Shown here: positions 24,806 through 38,968 of the stretch, piece by piece
Numbering within the stretch: position 1 is the stretch's first letter
Layout of the letters: each line of letters starts with the position of its first letter
DNA from: Mobula hypostoma
Taxonomy: Eukaryota
DNA length: 64,000 nt
NCBI RefSeq assembly: GCF_963921235.1
Contig: NC_086097.1
Coordinates: 12,152,001-12,216,000 of the forward strand
Reading direction: 5' to 3'
Notes under the pieces: generated by a model
What the model was told of the DNA's origin: nothing
What the model saw: the letters and a program-made list of their open reading frames with translations, nothing else
The model's database searches: none
Position numbers and translations under genes: made by a program

Positions 24806-25483
24806 ACTCGATGTCTAGCTAGTTGCAGTGACAGTAGTGAAGGGACATTCCTCGTTTATTTGCCGACAGTCACTGACGACGCTTCCCTCTAAACTGCAAT
24901 AATGTCAAAATGAAATCAACACAACATTGTTTCATTAATTGTTATATCCATTCTACGTTCAGCCCTAGTACCATCCTACCACGAAGGCTGAGTAGGTAGC
25001 AATCTTGATTCGGAGCGTTTGAAAATCAAATCTACTCCAGAATCTCTAGGACAAAAATTGAACTTGGCAATCTGCAACGTGAGTGCTACACCATCAGAGT
25101 TGCTTAGTTTTGATGGAGGTATTAAAACTGTACAACTTGCCCACTTGAGTCAGTGTAAAGAACCATTAGATGGTATCCTGAAGTAAGGAAAGGGAGTTAT
25201 CCAAATATCTCACTACCACATTATTGATTGTGGGAAATTGTTATGTGTAAATTGACTGACATGTTCCTAAAGTTACAAGCATCACTACCTTCCAAAATAT
25301 ACTGGAGTCATGGAGAGTCAGAGAGCCACAAGACTTTTGTCCATTATATGTAGATCCATTCAAATGTAATTCTATAATAATCCAACAACAAGCATTTCTT
25401 CCATAGCCTTCTATGTTGCTGATTCAAGTGTACATCTTATGAAGAACTTTGAGATATTCTTCTGAAAGGGATATGAGTGACTT

Positions 25484-25848
25484 ATTATCATCATTATGTG
25501 CCGTGGTGATAGTTCATGGCAGTCTTTTCTGCAGAAGTGTTTGCCATTGCTTTCTCCTGGGCAGTGACTTCACAAGATGGGTGACCCCAGCTGTTATCAA
25601 TACTCTTCAGAAATTGTCTGCCTGGCGTCAGTGGTCACATAACCAGGACTTGTGATATGCACCAGCCGCTCCTACGTCCACCCACCATTTGCTCCCATGG
25701 CCCCATGGCCTCACGTGACTTCGGTCGGGGTTGTGGGGACTAAGCAGGTACTAACCCCTTGCCCAGGGGTGACTTTCAGACTAGCAGAGCACCTGAAAGG
25801 AGCACCTTACACTTCCTTTGGTAGAGACATAACTCTGCCCCACCACCT
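25484..25848 (-). mobile_element. RTE-related short element, third copy
   Basis: Matches 10708-11052; (TGA)n tail. Confidence 0.75.
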
Positions 25849-27395
25849 AATGAGTGATCATATAAATAATAATCTTTAGAGTCAGAGAGTCATAGAATCC
25901 AATACAGATACAGGCCATTCGGCCCAACTTGTCCATGCTGTCCACTTTTTTCCTATTCATGTAATCATCCAAGTGCCCTTTACCTTTATTTCAAAGTATT
26001 TCCTCTGTATCCCTCACTCCTTCCTTCTGATTTAGCTCTCCATTTTTAAAGCAGTTCTCATTCAGGGACTGAATCAAAGAATCACAAAGCTCCATTAGAA
26101 CACTGAACCCACCAGGGCCACCTTGAAATAATAGCAGGAATACTCAGAACAAAATAAATTGTCCTTTTGATATTTCGACAAGTTTACCCTCATTCTGTGG
26201 TTGTTGTTATGCCTTTTGAGGGAAGCTTTAATAATTGCTGTTCAACCACTTTCCTTACTTCATTTTCGATCAAGTTAAATTTTCCGCCTATTAAACGTAG
26301 TTCCATTCAGTAAATAATATTACCTATTACTAATATGATGTGGTCAAATAGGTAGCTTTACTGTAAATCAAACGCACAGTTTAACATTACTGAAATCTAA
26401 CATTAAACATTTTTATTATAGACAAGAATCATGAAGATAAATTTTGGCTCTGCACTCTTGCTATTTAATTGGTCTGAAATTGATTATACTAACTGATTTG
26501 TCATGGGAGATTGATCATGCGATCCAGCTGTTTTAAGCAGGGTAAAAAAAAAATCAGTAATTCTGCAAATGATTGCAGTCACTGAACAATCACATTAAGT
26601 GGCGATCACACCCGAATGCTTTCTCTGGCATTAAAGGTGGAACTCATTCCCCATCGAGCTATTCACCCAATATGCATTATCATAATGGCAAACAATTTTA
26701 GTCTCCATGGGTCAGAGGTGAAGGGGATGTCTTGAATGGAACCACTCTATTCCTGACACCTGCAACATTCCTTTACCTTTAACCTCCAAAGGCAACTGTG
26801 ACTTCCTGTCTTCATGTCTTGAATGGTGAAAGTTGAGTATGATTAAGTGGTTTCTACATTGCATGTAGGAACACAGTAAGCTAATTAAAGTACAGGGTCA
26901 ATAGCCAAAGGCTTTCTCCCCCTTTGATGAGAGTTTTATTTTTCATTTAAGACTATTCTGTGAAACTTTGTTCATTTGGTTCGGAAGTACATATTTGCAG
27001 CTGATCTTACTTCTAACCACTTATAATTAAAATAACATTCATCAGACTAAATAGTGTGTTAAAATTTACTTGGTTATTTTCAATATAATATGTTGATGGC
27101 ATTTTTGACATCCAAATCCTCTCAATTCTTTTGAAATCATCTTCTCCTGATTTCTGAAGGCATTCCGAAATCACCATTATTAATCTGTGATAAGATATTT
27201 GGTTGGGACGTGTTATATTTTATGGGAGGAATTTTACAATGAACTTTACTTAGGTAGATGAGATACAACATTATCTGATTTCCTATTCAATGAAATTTAT
27301 CGCCTCCATCTCAACATCAATTGTATGTTCAAAGCCACAATTTAATAATGATAAGGATTTTAAAAAAGAATTACTGAAGAAAGCACTTTAAAACA

Positions 27396-27875
27396 TCAGA
27401 ATCAGGTTTAATATTACCAGCACGTCATGAAATTTGTTGGTATGCAGCAGCAGTATATAATAATAAAAACTGTGAATTATAGTAAGAAGTGTGTAGATAT
27501 ATATATATACATACAGTTGAAATTAAATAGGTAGTACAAGTAGTGTTCATTGGTTCAATGTCCATTCAGAAATCAAATGGCAGAGGGGAAGAAGCTGTTC
27601 CTGAATTGCTGAGTGTGTACTTTTAGACTTCTGTACCTCCTTCCTGGTGATAGCAATGAGAAGAGGGTATGTCCTGGGTGATGGGGATCCTTAGCGATGA
27701 ACGCCGCTGTTTTGAGACTTTGCTGTCTGAAGATGTCCTGGATACCACGGAGGCTAGTGCCCATGATGGAGCTGACTGAGTTCACAACTTCCTATACCCT
27801 ATTTCTATCCTGTGCACTGCTACACCTCCCGCCCCATACCAGATAGTGATGCAGCCAGTTGGAATGCTCTCTATT
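27396..27875 (-). mobile_element. Rex1/Babar 3' fragment
   Basis: AKDPHHPGHTLFSLLSPGRRYRSLKVHTQQFRNSFFPSAI. Confidence 0.85.
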
Positions 27876-28659
27876 TATTTACATTAATTTAGGCAAAACA
27901 TTTAACATTAGCAAGCTTCTCACTAAATACAGTTTTCTGTGAAATACGGAGCTGCTTGTTTAGAATTTACCAGTACAATTATTTTGTTTTACTTTGGGTT
28001 ATTAGATTTTACGCACACTACACAGAAAAGCGTTCGCATTTATCTCACTTGTATTTAGTCTGTACAGTAGCCCTTTGAGTATTTGGAGTAGGTAGGTTAG
28101 TGTGGGTCGTTAGATTTCATTTTAATTACAACAATTTGGAATGGGATAAGCAATACTAATGATAACTCCTCATACTTCTTTCTTCCATTTAAAGTTATTG
28201 TAAATATTTAGCATTAAAAGTTTTTAAAAAACTGCTTTGGATTCAGTGTAAGGGATGGTTATTTAAGGGAAGAAGCTCACTGTCTATTCAAACTGATCTA
28301 CAAAGAAATTCAGCTCTTGTCTAATTCTTTTAAGTAGATAACCATTGACTTACACTCCCCTTATACTTGTTGACCCATGCTAGCTTCCAGTTAGGGCATG
28401 CCACAATTCTACAAATTATATCTTTGTTTTCAAATTCCTCCATGATGTCACTTCTCTGCATCTCTGTTCCCTCCAGTTCTGACTGAAAGTCATTGCGAAG
28501 TTTAAGAGCACCACCATAGCCAGCCATGCAGTCAGCTGGCAAGCCTCTGAACTCACAGAGCTGACCCTAATTCTCTCCACACTGCCAACTGTTCCTCCTT
28601 GTTTAATCTGCATTTTAAACGTACTTCTTCAGCCAACGTTGAAAATAAACTTATCATCA

Positions 28660-29345
28660 AAGTTCAAGTCAAGGCAAGTCAAGTCAAGTGACTTTTATTG
28701 TCATTTCAACCATAACTGCTGGTACAGAACATAGTAAAAATGAGACAACATTTTCCAGGACCATGGTGCTACATGAAACAATACAAAAACTACACTGAAC
28801 TATGTAAGAAAAAACACAAAAACTACACTAGACTACAGTCCTATCCAGGACTGCATAAAGTGCACAAAACAGTGCAGGCACTGCAATAAATAATAATAAA
28901 TAATAAACAAGACAGTAGGCACAGTAGAGGGCAGTAGGTTGGTGTCAAGCCAGGCTCTGAGTATTGAGGAGTCTGATGGCTTGGGGGAAGAAACTATTAC
29001 ATAGTCTGGTCGTGAGAGCCCGAATGCTTTGGTGCCTTTTTCCAGATTGTGGTAAACCATATATATGTTGTAACTGGGTTAACTGTCTGGACACGCCCCT
29101 CTGCTGACTGCCCCTGTGGCTCCTCCCGCAGATTCCTGTATAAAGGTTTTCGCCTTGCCCCTCCCCCTGAGTCCGGGGGCAGACACTCACCATGGAGGTC
29201 ATATTGTACAGCGAATAAAAGCCTTTCAGTATTTTACCCAACGTCAGTCTTTTGGAGTGATTGAAGGTGCTTCACAGATGGCAGGAAGGAGAAGAATTTA
29301 TATGAGGGGTGCATGGGGTCCTTCATAATGCTGTTTGCTTTGCGG
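28660..29345 (-). mobile_element. Rex1/Babar 3' end interrupted by a solo LTR
   Basis: SGKRHQSIRALTTRLCNSFFPQAIRLLN; (TCAAG)n tail on the plus strand. Confidence 0.8.
29048..29274 (+). mobile_element. Solo LTR, 227 bp
   Basis: TG...CA termini, perfect 5-bp TSD CAGAT (29043-29047 and 29275-29279), internal TATAAA and AATAAA in the expected order. Confidence 0.85.
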
Positions 29346-32300
29346 AAGCTCAAAGCACAAGTATGCAGTTACAACCCTAAGATTCACCTTCCCACAGACA
29401 GCCATAAAACAAAGAAACACCATGGAACACGCTCAAAAGAAACATCAAACAGCCAATGCGCAAAAAAAAGAACAAATCGCGCAATCAGCAAAAAACAAAT
29501 GAAAAACACAGAATATAGCACATCAAACCACAAAGTAATTTGTCTAGGAATGTTCAGTTCAGTTCAGTTCAATTGAATTTAACAGTTCATTCGTTTACTG
29601 CACTCCGCAGATCCAGTCCGCCCAGATCAAAATCGCACAAAATAGGAGTAACCAGAAACCAGAAACGCATATAAGGTGAACTGTAGAGCCCAATCCACAA
29701 ACTGTGCCGATTAAACCTTGCCTGCACTCAAGACTCTGGCACCATCCTCCAGCAACATCGAGCGAAAGGCATGTATGAGTCACCACATAGTACCTTGAGA
29801 TTTGTTGGCCTTCTGGTACAGTATTTACAGGGAAACAAAGAAATACAATAGGCCGTGCCAGTTTCGCTGAATTAACCAAATGTGGCAATGCACCACTTTT
29901 TGTTCAATTATGTTTCCGTGAGGAGATACTGAGGCATACAGTCAGAAGGAAACACTGAGGATCTCTCAGGAAGTTTCATGTATCCACATTTGCATTAGTG
30001 ACCCCCAGAGGTGTCTCAGATTGGTAATTTAGCCCTTAATGCAGAGAAGCACGTATTTCCCAATGAGTTAATAAAAAGTTCAGGCAAAATTTATCAGCAC
30101 TGGCTTTGCCATTTTGATTATTTTTTATTGATTTGGTTTCAGGATGTGACCACCAACAAAACTTTCTTTATTGTCCATCTCTATTGTTGCTGTAAGTCAA
30201 CCATATTGGTGTGTTTCACCATCTGGAACCTTCCCTCTTTGCATTATTACCATTGAGGAAGAGGGTACAGGAGCTCAAATGCTTTAGGGACAGCTTCTTC
30301 CCCTCTCCCATCAGATTTCTGAATGATCCATGGCCCTGCCAGGATTACTAGCTCATTATTCATCTTCGGCACTATTTATTATGTTTTGTAATTATAGTAA
30401 TTTTTATATCCTGCACTGTACGACTGTCACAAAACAACAAATTTCATGATAATAAACCTGATTCTGATTCATTTCGGGCAGACTCGGTAAAGATGTCAGA
30501 TTTCTCTCCCGGGAGAATATTGGATATTTTTATAACAATTTAGCAGTTTCATGGTTACCATTACTGATCTTCTTCTTTTCATTTAATTCATTATTAGAAT
30601 TTAAGTTCCTCAGCTGCCTTTTTGGGATTTGAACTTTCTGGATTCAAGTTCTGGATGCTAACTTCGTAACAAAGGCACTGGTACTACATTGTGACATTTA
30701 ATAAACTCGTGAGTGTCCACTCCTTGGTGGTTCAAGAAAAGCAATGTGCTTGGGATTTCTGCTCCCATCTCCACAACAAGGGCTTCCACAGAATTAACTT
30801 CTAAAATTAAGCTTCCACTTACTTACGCAAATATTAATAAACCATGCAATATATCTTCCATCATTCTTTTTTGACCTGGAATATTTGCTGGTGATATTTA
30901 ACCCTCATAATCTGGTAGTACCCACCTAGTTTTCCTCCCCATCTTTTTCGTAGCCAATTTTCTTCATAATTGTAAGTGTTAGTTATGATTCCAAGAAATG
31001 TCATTCAATAGCTTTGTCTTGGTTTTCATTACCGTCAGTCATGCAAGTCTGGAGTGGAGACTCAGGAATACTGTCGCACTCAGATGTAGAAGGATTCTTT
31101 ATTGCTGAGATGAAAAGTCCTTGAAATTTTTTAATCAGAGTGCATATATGTCACCTTATGCAACCCTGAGATTTATTTTCTTGTCGGCATTCACGGCAGA
31201 CACAAATAAGCACCATAGAATCAATGAAAGACCGTACCATACAGAGATGGACAACAACCAATGCGCAAAAAGAAGAACAATAAACTGTGCAAATACAAAA
31301 AGAAAGATTACAAAATAGAAATAATAATAATAATAATAATAAATAAATAACCAATAAATATTAGGAACCTGAGATAATAATTCCTTGAAAGTGAGTCAAT
31401 AGTTTGTGGGAACAATTCACCGCCATAGGTTGTGAAGGCTGGGGTGAGTGAAGCTGAGTAAAGTTATCACCACTGGTTCAGGACCCTAGTGGTTAAGGGG
31501 TAATAACTGTTCCTGAACCTGGTGGTGTGAGTCCTGAGGCTCCTGTACCTTCTTCCTGATGGTAGCAGCAAGTAGACAGCATGTCCTGGATGGTGGGGAT
31601 CTCTGATGACGGATGCTACTTTCCCGCAACAGTAGATGTGCTCAATGATTGGGAGGGCTTTACCTGTGATGGACTACACTTGACACTATACTGCTGGACA
31701 GTATGTGAAACAAGCTTTTCACTCTGCGTGGTACATGTGACAATACGCTACACAATTCAACTCTAATTCCAATTCCATTCCGAAGACTGTAGCACAAAAT
31801 CAGCAAAGACACATCTGTACAGAGCGAAAGGCCTTCTGATGCTGAGGAGGCACAGTAGCGTAGTAGTTAGCACAATCACTTCACAACACCAGTGGTCAGA
31901 ATTCAGGGTTTGGTTCCCACCACTGTCCATAATTCCCCTGTGATCACATGCCTTTCCTCCAGCTGCCTCAGTTCTGTCCCACATTCCAAAGACTTGCAGT
32001 TCGAGTTAGCGAGTTACTGGAATGTCACATTGGCACCGGAATAGCGCCGACACCTCGGACTGTGCTGGTCATTGACACAAACCAACATGTTTCACTGTAC
32101 GTTTCAACTAATAAAAGTAATCTTATCTCTTAATCTTCTTCTGAAGTACCAGTTTTTCTTTAATTTGAGCACAAAAGATTATATAGTGTTACTTCTATTG
32201 CGATGAGCCAAATGGTCTAATTCTGCTCCTATATCTTATGGTCTTATTGGTGTGAACCTCACTGGTTTGGGCAACAGGCCTCCCTTCAAGTTCAAAGCAA

Positions 32301-32689
32301 CTTTATGATCTAAATATGGTACATATATGTTGCTATATAGTACCATGAAATTCATTTTCTTGCAGGCATTCACCGTTAATGCAAATGAACACAATAGAAT
32401 CAATGAAAGACTGCACAAAGGTGAACAAGCTACCAATATGCAAAACACAGCAAATTGAACAAGAATTAAAAAAGAAAGAAAATAATAATAAATAAATAAA
32501 TAATGAGTATGGAGGACATGAGTTGCAGAGTCCTTGAAAGTGAGTCCAAATTGACAGCTGATTTTCAAACATCTGAACCTTGAGTAAATATCAAAAATCA
32601 CTGCAGGGATTACGGAAAGAAGATTAGGGAATGGAAATGGAGATTAACTGTGTTGATCATTCAGAAACTTTGCAAAGCAATCAAGTTCC

Positions 32690-33580
32690 TTAAATTCCTT
32701 GGCATTATCATTTCAGAGGATCTGTCATGGGACCAGCATGTAAGTGCCATTACAAACAAGGCACTTCTACTTTCTTAGAAGTTTGCACAGATTTGGCAAG
32801 TCATCTAAAACTTTGACAAACTTCTATAGATACATAGTGGAGAGTATCTTGACTGTTTGAATCATAGCCTGATACGGGATTTCCAGTGCCCAGGAATAGA
32901 AAATCATTCAAAAAGTATTAGAAACAGTCCAATCCATCACAAGAAAAACCCTACACGAGGAATTCTGCAGATGCTGGAAATTCAAGCAACACACATCAAA
33001 GTTGCTGGTGAACGCAGCAGGCCAGGCAGCATCTATAGGAAGAGGTACAGTCGACGTTTCAGGCCGAGACCCTTCGTCAGGACTAACTGAAAGAAGAGCT
33101 AGTAAGAAAAAACCCTCCCCACTACTGAGCACATCTACAGGAGCCCCATCGTAAGAGAGCAGTATCCATCATGAAGGACCCCAACCATACAGGCCACGCT
33201 CTCTTCTTGCTGCTGCTATAGGGGAAGAGGTACAGGAGCCTTAGGTCCCACACCAACAGGTTCAGGAACAGTTATTACACTTCAGTCATCAGGCTCCTGA
33301 ACCAACTTGGAAAACTTCACTCACCTCAAAACTAAACTGATTCCACAGCCTATGTATTCACTTTCAAGGACTCTAAAACTCATGTTCTCAGTTTTACTTT
33401 TTTTTGTGTTTGCTCAGTATGTCTTTTTTTGCACATTGGTTGTTTGTTAATCTTTGTGTGCAGTGTTTCATCAATCTATTGTACTTCTGTGCCTGACTGG
33501 GAATGTCTGCAGGAAAATGAATCTCAGGGTAGGTGATGCACATTGGTAATAAATTTACTTTAAATTTTGGACTTTGAAGT
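32690..33580 (+). mobile_element. Rex1/Babar 3' fragment with a nested Penelope pLTR fragment (32953-33103, minus strand)
   Basis: ttctactttcttagaagtttgcacagatttggc...aacttctatagatacatagtggagagtatcttgactg; PLE flanked by an aagaaaaaccct duplication. Confidence 0.8.
33049..33084 (-). ncRNA. Minimal type I hammerhead motif (Penelope pLTR)
   Basis: AGUC-CUGACGA-AGGGUCUCGGCCU-GAAA-CGUC-GACU. Confidence 0.8.
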
Positions 33581-33928
33581 GCTTACTGGCCTACTTGTGT
33601 ATCTTTCTATGTTTCTATGAACCGTCAAGTCTCTCTCCGCATTCCACAGCCTTAAAAAAACAGTCCAAATGATAATTGATGCTTCGTTTATCTACATTAT
33701 AAAAATTGCTAGATAAAGGTCCATACTCTCAAATTGAAGTTTATTGTCATTCAACCGTACACACGTATACCGCCAAATACAACATCACTCCTCCAGACCA
33801 AGGTGTACAACATTGCACATATAACTCACACACTTAACACATACAGTAATATTACTACAAATAAATTAACAAATAATAAGGTGCATATACGATAGAAGTT
33901 AAAGGTAATCAATATAATGCTACAAGCG

Positions 33929-34412
33929 CTTCACCAGATTGATTCCTGGGATGGCGGGACTTTCATATGATGAAAGATTGGATCGACTGGGCTTATACTC
34001 GTTGGAATTTAGAAGATTGAGGGGGGATCTTATTGAAACATATAAAATCCTAAAGGGATTGGACAGGCTAGATGCAGGAAGATTGTTCCCGATGTTGGGG
34101 AAGTCCAGAACGAGGGGTCACAGTTTGAGGATAGAGAGAAAGCCTTTTAGGAGCAAGATTAGGAAAAATTTCTTCACACAGAGAGTGGTGAATATGTGGA
34201 ATTCTCTGCCACAGGAAATAGTTGAGGCCAGTTCATTGGCTATATTTAAGAGGGAGTTAGATATGGCTCTTGTGGCTAAAGGGATCAGGGGGTATGGAGG
34301 GAAGGCAGGTACAGGGTTCTGAGTTGGATGATCAGCCATGATCATACTGAATGGTGGTGCAGGCTCGAAGGGCCGAATGGCCTACTCCTGCACTTATTTT
34401 CTATGTTTCTAT
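33929..34412 (+). mobile_element. Young CR1 3' end, highly similar to 18628-19117
   Basis: IPGMAGLSYDERLDRLGLYSLEFRRLRGDLIETYKIL; same tail. Confidence 0.95.
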
Positions 34413-36037
34413 ATGTGATGAGACCTGGGTGGTGGCAGGGAGTTCAGTAGTTTCATGTCCTGGGAGTAGAAACTGTTTCTCATCCTAACAGGACACTTAT
34501 TTTATCAAGATACAGCGTGGAATAGGCCCTTCTGGCCTTCACGCCCCGCTGCCCAGCAATCCTAGCCTAATCAATACCAATTAACTTAACAACCACTATG
34601 TCTTTGGACTATGGGAGGAAACCAGAGAATCCAGAGGAAACCCACGCATTCACAGGGAGAACGCACAATCTCCTTACAGGCAGTGCGGGAATTGAACTGT
34701 AAAGTGTTGTGCTAACCACTGCTCTACCGTAATGCCCCAGTTCTACAGTTCTTGCTCTAATGCTACGGTACCTCCTGCTGGATAGACGGGAGGGGTCATT
34801 GACATTAGGGCATTGTGTATGCAGCGTACATATCATTAAACCAGAGATTCCCAACCTGGGGTCCATGGACTCTTCAGTTAATGGCAAGGGTCCATGGCAT
34901 AAAAACGTATACTCCTCTTCCATTTAGGCTTTGCCTATGCATCAGTAGCAATCTTTGTGGTTCTCCCCTTGAAGCTTTCTTTAATAAAGAAGTGAACAGA
35001 GTAACATAACGCTGACCCTCACTAGTGATCTGCATACATGTGGAACTGCTTCAGTAACTGCCTTCTCATTCCTAAAATAATCACTAACTAACTTACACCA
35101 GGCCCCCCCACCATATCGCTGAGCACATATAGCTCCAACTGCCTCGGAATGCATTTCAGTCAGTATCAGTATGTAGTAATGACACCACACTATAATCTGC
35201 CTCATTGAATTTCAGGCATGCACAGAACATGCTGATGCCACTACACAGCATGTTTATGGACGGATCATAAATTTGTAGACAAACATTTTTCTGCGGCACT
35301 TTTTCAGAGATGTTTTGGAAATGAAGATACACAATGCCTATCAGATTTCCAGTGCTCCTGATGAGGTAACTTTTCTATCACAAAATATGGTGAGATTTGA
35401 CAATAACTATTACGGGTTGAATACCCCTTTCCAGAAATGTTTCAGATTTCAGGTTTTTTGGATTTTGGAATACATAATGGTGACATATCCTGAGAGTGTT
35501 GTGACTACAGTTTGTTTTCCCGCTGCCTCCTCCCTTTCCAAGTCCAGGCTGCAGTGAGTGGTCCACACAGCGGAGAAGATCTTTGGCTGTCAGCTACTGA
35601 CATTAAAAGACCTGTTCATAGGCAGAGCGAGGAAAGGAGCTTGAAAAATTACAGCTGACTCCACCCCACTCCCAAACAGTCATCTATTGTCATCAGGGAG
35701 GCCCTGCAAGTTCACTATCACCAGGACTAGGTGTCATCTCGAAAGCTTCTTTCCTGTCGCTATCCAGCTTCTCAGCAAATCACTCTCTGGTGTAATACCC
35801 TCACTGTTCCTGCACAACATCCAGGTCTTTCCTGCTCTCCTTGTTCTGTTGATAATTATTGAGTTTGTCCGTATGCTCACTTTTATTTAAGTTTGATTAT
35901 TGAAGTTTGTGCATATGACCATTCTGCTAGTTGTTAATTGCTCAAGGTTGTTTACACTATTGTGTTGTAAACAGTTGGCTGCTATTGTGTCTATTGTCTA
36001 TTGCTATATTGCTATTGCTATTGCTATATATTGCTAT

Positions 36038-36073
36038 AGTCCTGACGAAGGGTCCCGGCCTGAAACGTCGACT
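36038..36073 (+). ncRNA. Minimal type I hammerhead motif (Penelope pLTR fragment 36037-36167)
   Basis: AGUC-CUGACGA-AGGGUCCCGGCCU-GAAA-CGUC-GACU. Confidence 0.8.
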
Positions 36074-36418
36074 GTACCTCTTCCTAGAGATGCTGCCTGG
36101 CCTGCTGCGTTCACCAGCAACTTTGGTGTGCGTTGCTTGAATTTCCAGCATCTGCAGAATTCCTGTTGTTGGCTGCTATTGTGTTGTCTGTTTTGGTATT
36201 GTCTTGTGCTTTATGTTTGGCATGAAATTACTATCAATTCTGGTATATTTCACATACTGACAATAAAGCGATTCTGATTCTGATTCCAAGATAGCTTGGG
36301 ACCACCATTACTTCCAACTGAATTTATGTACTACCGGTAAGCAGCCTTTGTCTGAGCAACACACATCAAAGTTGCTGGTGAACGCGGCAGACCAGGCAGC
36401 ATCTCTAGGAAGAGGTAC

Positions 36419-36454
36419 AGTTGACGTTTCAGGCCGAGACCCTTCGTCAGGACT
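36419..36454 (-). ncRNA. Minimal hammerhead motif with a stem I mismatch (pLTR fragment 36355-36500)
   Basis: AGUC-CUGACGA...GAAA-CGUC-AACU. Confidence 0.7.
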
Positions 36455-38968
36455 AACTGAAGGAAGAGCTAGCAAGAGATTTGAAAGTGGGAGGGGGAAG
36501 AAGAGATCAAATTTTCAGTTTGTCATGTTGGATCTTCGCTTGTTTCATGATCAGCATACTGTAAAGAGGCATATGTTGACTCCGATTCTGATGAATCCAC
36601 TCTTTCATTACACAATCAAGATCTTCATTTTTGCTTTATGCAGTGTTTTTCCGTTTTTCATTAATTTCTGTTTAGAACATTTCTGAGATCACTTCTCAGA
36701 ACTGCCTGTGATGTGCAGAGACCTATGCATCGCCTAACAACCTTCCAGTGCCTTATGGAATATTCCATTTGTGATGTTAAGTCAGCGCTCAAAATGGATT
36801 CGGATTTCAGAGGTTTTAAGATTTTGGATTTTTGGATATGGGGTATTCAAACTGTATACAATGTTCTTTCTAAAAGTTACACATTTGTCTGTAGTATTGT
36901 CTTTTAAAAACAGAGCTAAGGTATTTCTTCTATTTCTGATAACAGTCTGGAAAGTATAAACATTACTGAGGCTCCTCTGGAATTAATAAGAACCTCAGCC
37001 TGTCCAAGCAAGCCAAAGGTTTGTATTACTCAGCAATACTTGTCAACTATTCTTCCTACCATCGCTGTTGGCTATTTCATACACTGTATCGGTAGCTACA
37101 CCGCAAAATTAATTATGTTGGAGGTAATTTATTTTTTTAAACCTTGAGGTTCAGCAATGTCCCAGACAAATAAAGTCTTCCTCTCCCCTTCTGAGCCACC
37201 TCGTGGCAAATTTTACACAATGCTGTGTATATATATACATAAGTAGTACTGAGAATGTGAGTTGTAGAGTACTTAGAAAGTGAGTCTGTTAGTTTTGGAA
37301 TCACGAATAACAGATAGCTAGTTAGAATGTGGGTGCCATGGCAGTGTAGCAGTTAGTGCAACATTATTAAGGCTTGGGGCATTTTGGAGTTCGGGGATTT
37401 AATCCTACCACCATCTGTAAGGAGCTTGTATGTCTAGCTATTTTGATTTTATTTTGTCCCATTTGTCATGCAAAATAAGATCATTTGCATCATAGCGCAA
37501 TTACCTTTGAACAGTAAGCTCCATGAGTCCCACCTTTGGCAAGTCCAAAGTCAGTATGCACTGGTAAAGTAATGGGGTACACCTTCATGTTGCCTGCAAT
37601 CCCTCAAAGGCAGATTTCAATCTTTCAGCAAGAAGATTTGATTTCCATTTCGAATGCCCATTATTTCATCGTTGAGTCTCATGAATGAAAGCTGATCCTT
37701 GAAGTAGGCACATACATGTTCATACTTAATACAAGATCCTTCAAATCACAGAAATTGAAAATACTTGTCCAAAAATGATATACATCAATGTACTCTTAGC
37801 AGGAATTTTGTCTTATGGAAATTAACCTGGGGGGTTAGTAGAGGAAAGATTAATTGACTTGGTTCTAAGCAAGCTTCACAATTGTCAAAGAAAGTGATGA
37901 GTGAAAATGATATCTAAAACAGTGCATTGTTTTCAAAGATCGAATCTTCCTTGCTGTTTCTATACTAATGGTCTTAGGGCATTGAAAGACAAAATTAAAT
38001 TTAGCAGGGTGTAAGCTTGGAAAATGTCAATTCATGATAAAGAAATAAAACTATTTTATTGTCAAGCAATAAATGCATTTACATGCTATTTTTTAATAAA
38101 ATTTACTGAATGCCACCTGCTTAACAAGTGCTTCCATGGAAGGCAGCTTCTAAAATTAGTCTCCTTCCATTTACATACACAAATATTAATAAACCAGCCA
38201 CTTGAAAATGTATTTGTCTCTGGGAAAATAATGAATATCTGCACTTGAACATGAACTTTGATCATCACAGAAACACTCACAGAATAATAAAAGAGTGTGA
38301 TTTTTTTTGGGTAGCAAAGCGTCTTGAGTTTGAGATATGAAGTGGGCGGTGGGAGAATTGTTGGGGGAGGTGCATTCATAATGAAATTACAGAATAACTG
38401 TGAGTGTCCTTTTATGGGCACTGCTTAAATAGCATGGTTAAACAATTAATTGAATTCTTATTAGCAAAGCCTGTTTATGGTACTCTATGGATAATATTGC
38501 TAAATTCTGTATATCTGCCTAGCATCAGAGAAGACAAGGCATGTTATTTCATCTGTGTGCCCTTCATTGGAACTGATAGTTGAAAATTTGAAAAAGCTTG
38601 TTCATACAGTCCAGAAAATTCAACCGAAAAACTGGAAATGACAAGGGAGGAGAATTATCAGACTCACTGTCCACCAAGGGCACGGGACTGGATAGAAATT
38701 TGCAAGATTTAATAATGTTTAATGGGCTTGACTTTGAGCTGGTCGCTCTTTTTAGTTAGAAGGTGACATCAAGCAGGAGGTTGCTTAGGATTAAGATGGG
38801 AAGATATTTCTTCACTAAAAGCATGGCAACACCTTGGGAATTCTCCACCGGAGATGGCTGAGGGCAGATTCTATCCCTCCACCATCAGATTTCCTAACAG
38901 ACAAAGAACCAACACATGAACACTTCATTGATATTTTTGTTCTCAACTGTATTATTATTTAAGTTATA

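Larger units (their letters stand above)
35413..36854. mobile_element. Tigger/MER46-like MITE expanded by nested Rex and Penelope insertions
   Basis: TA|CGGGTTGAATACCCC...GGGGTATTCAAACTG|TA with subterminal ttcagatttc/ttggattttgga repeats. Confidence 0.75.
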
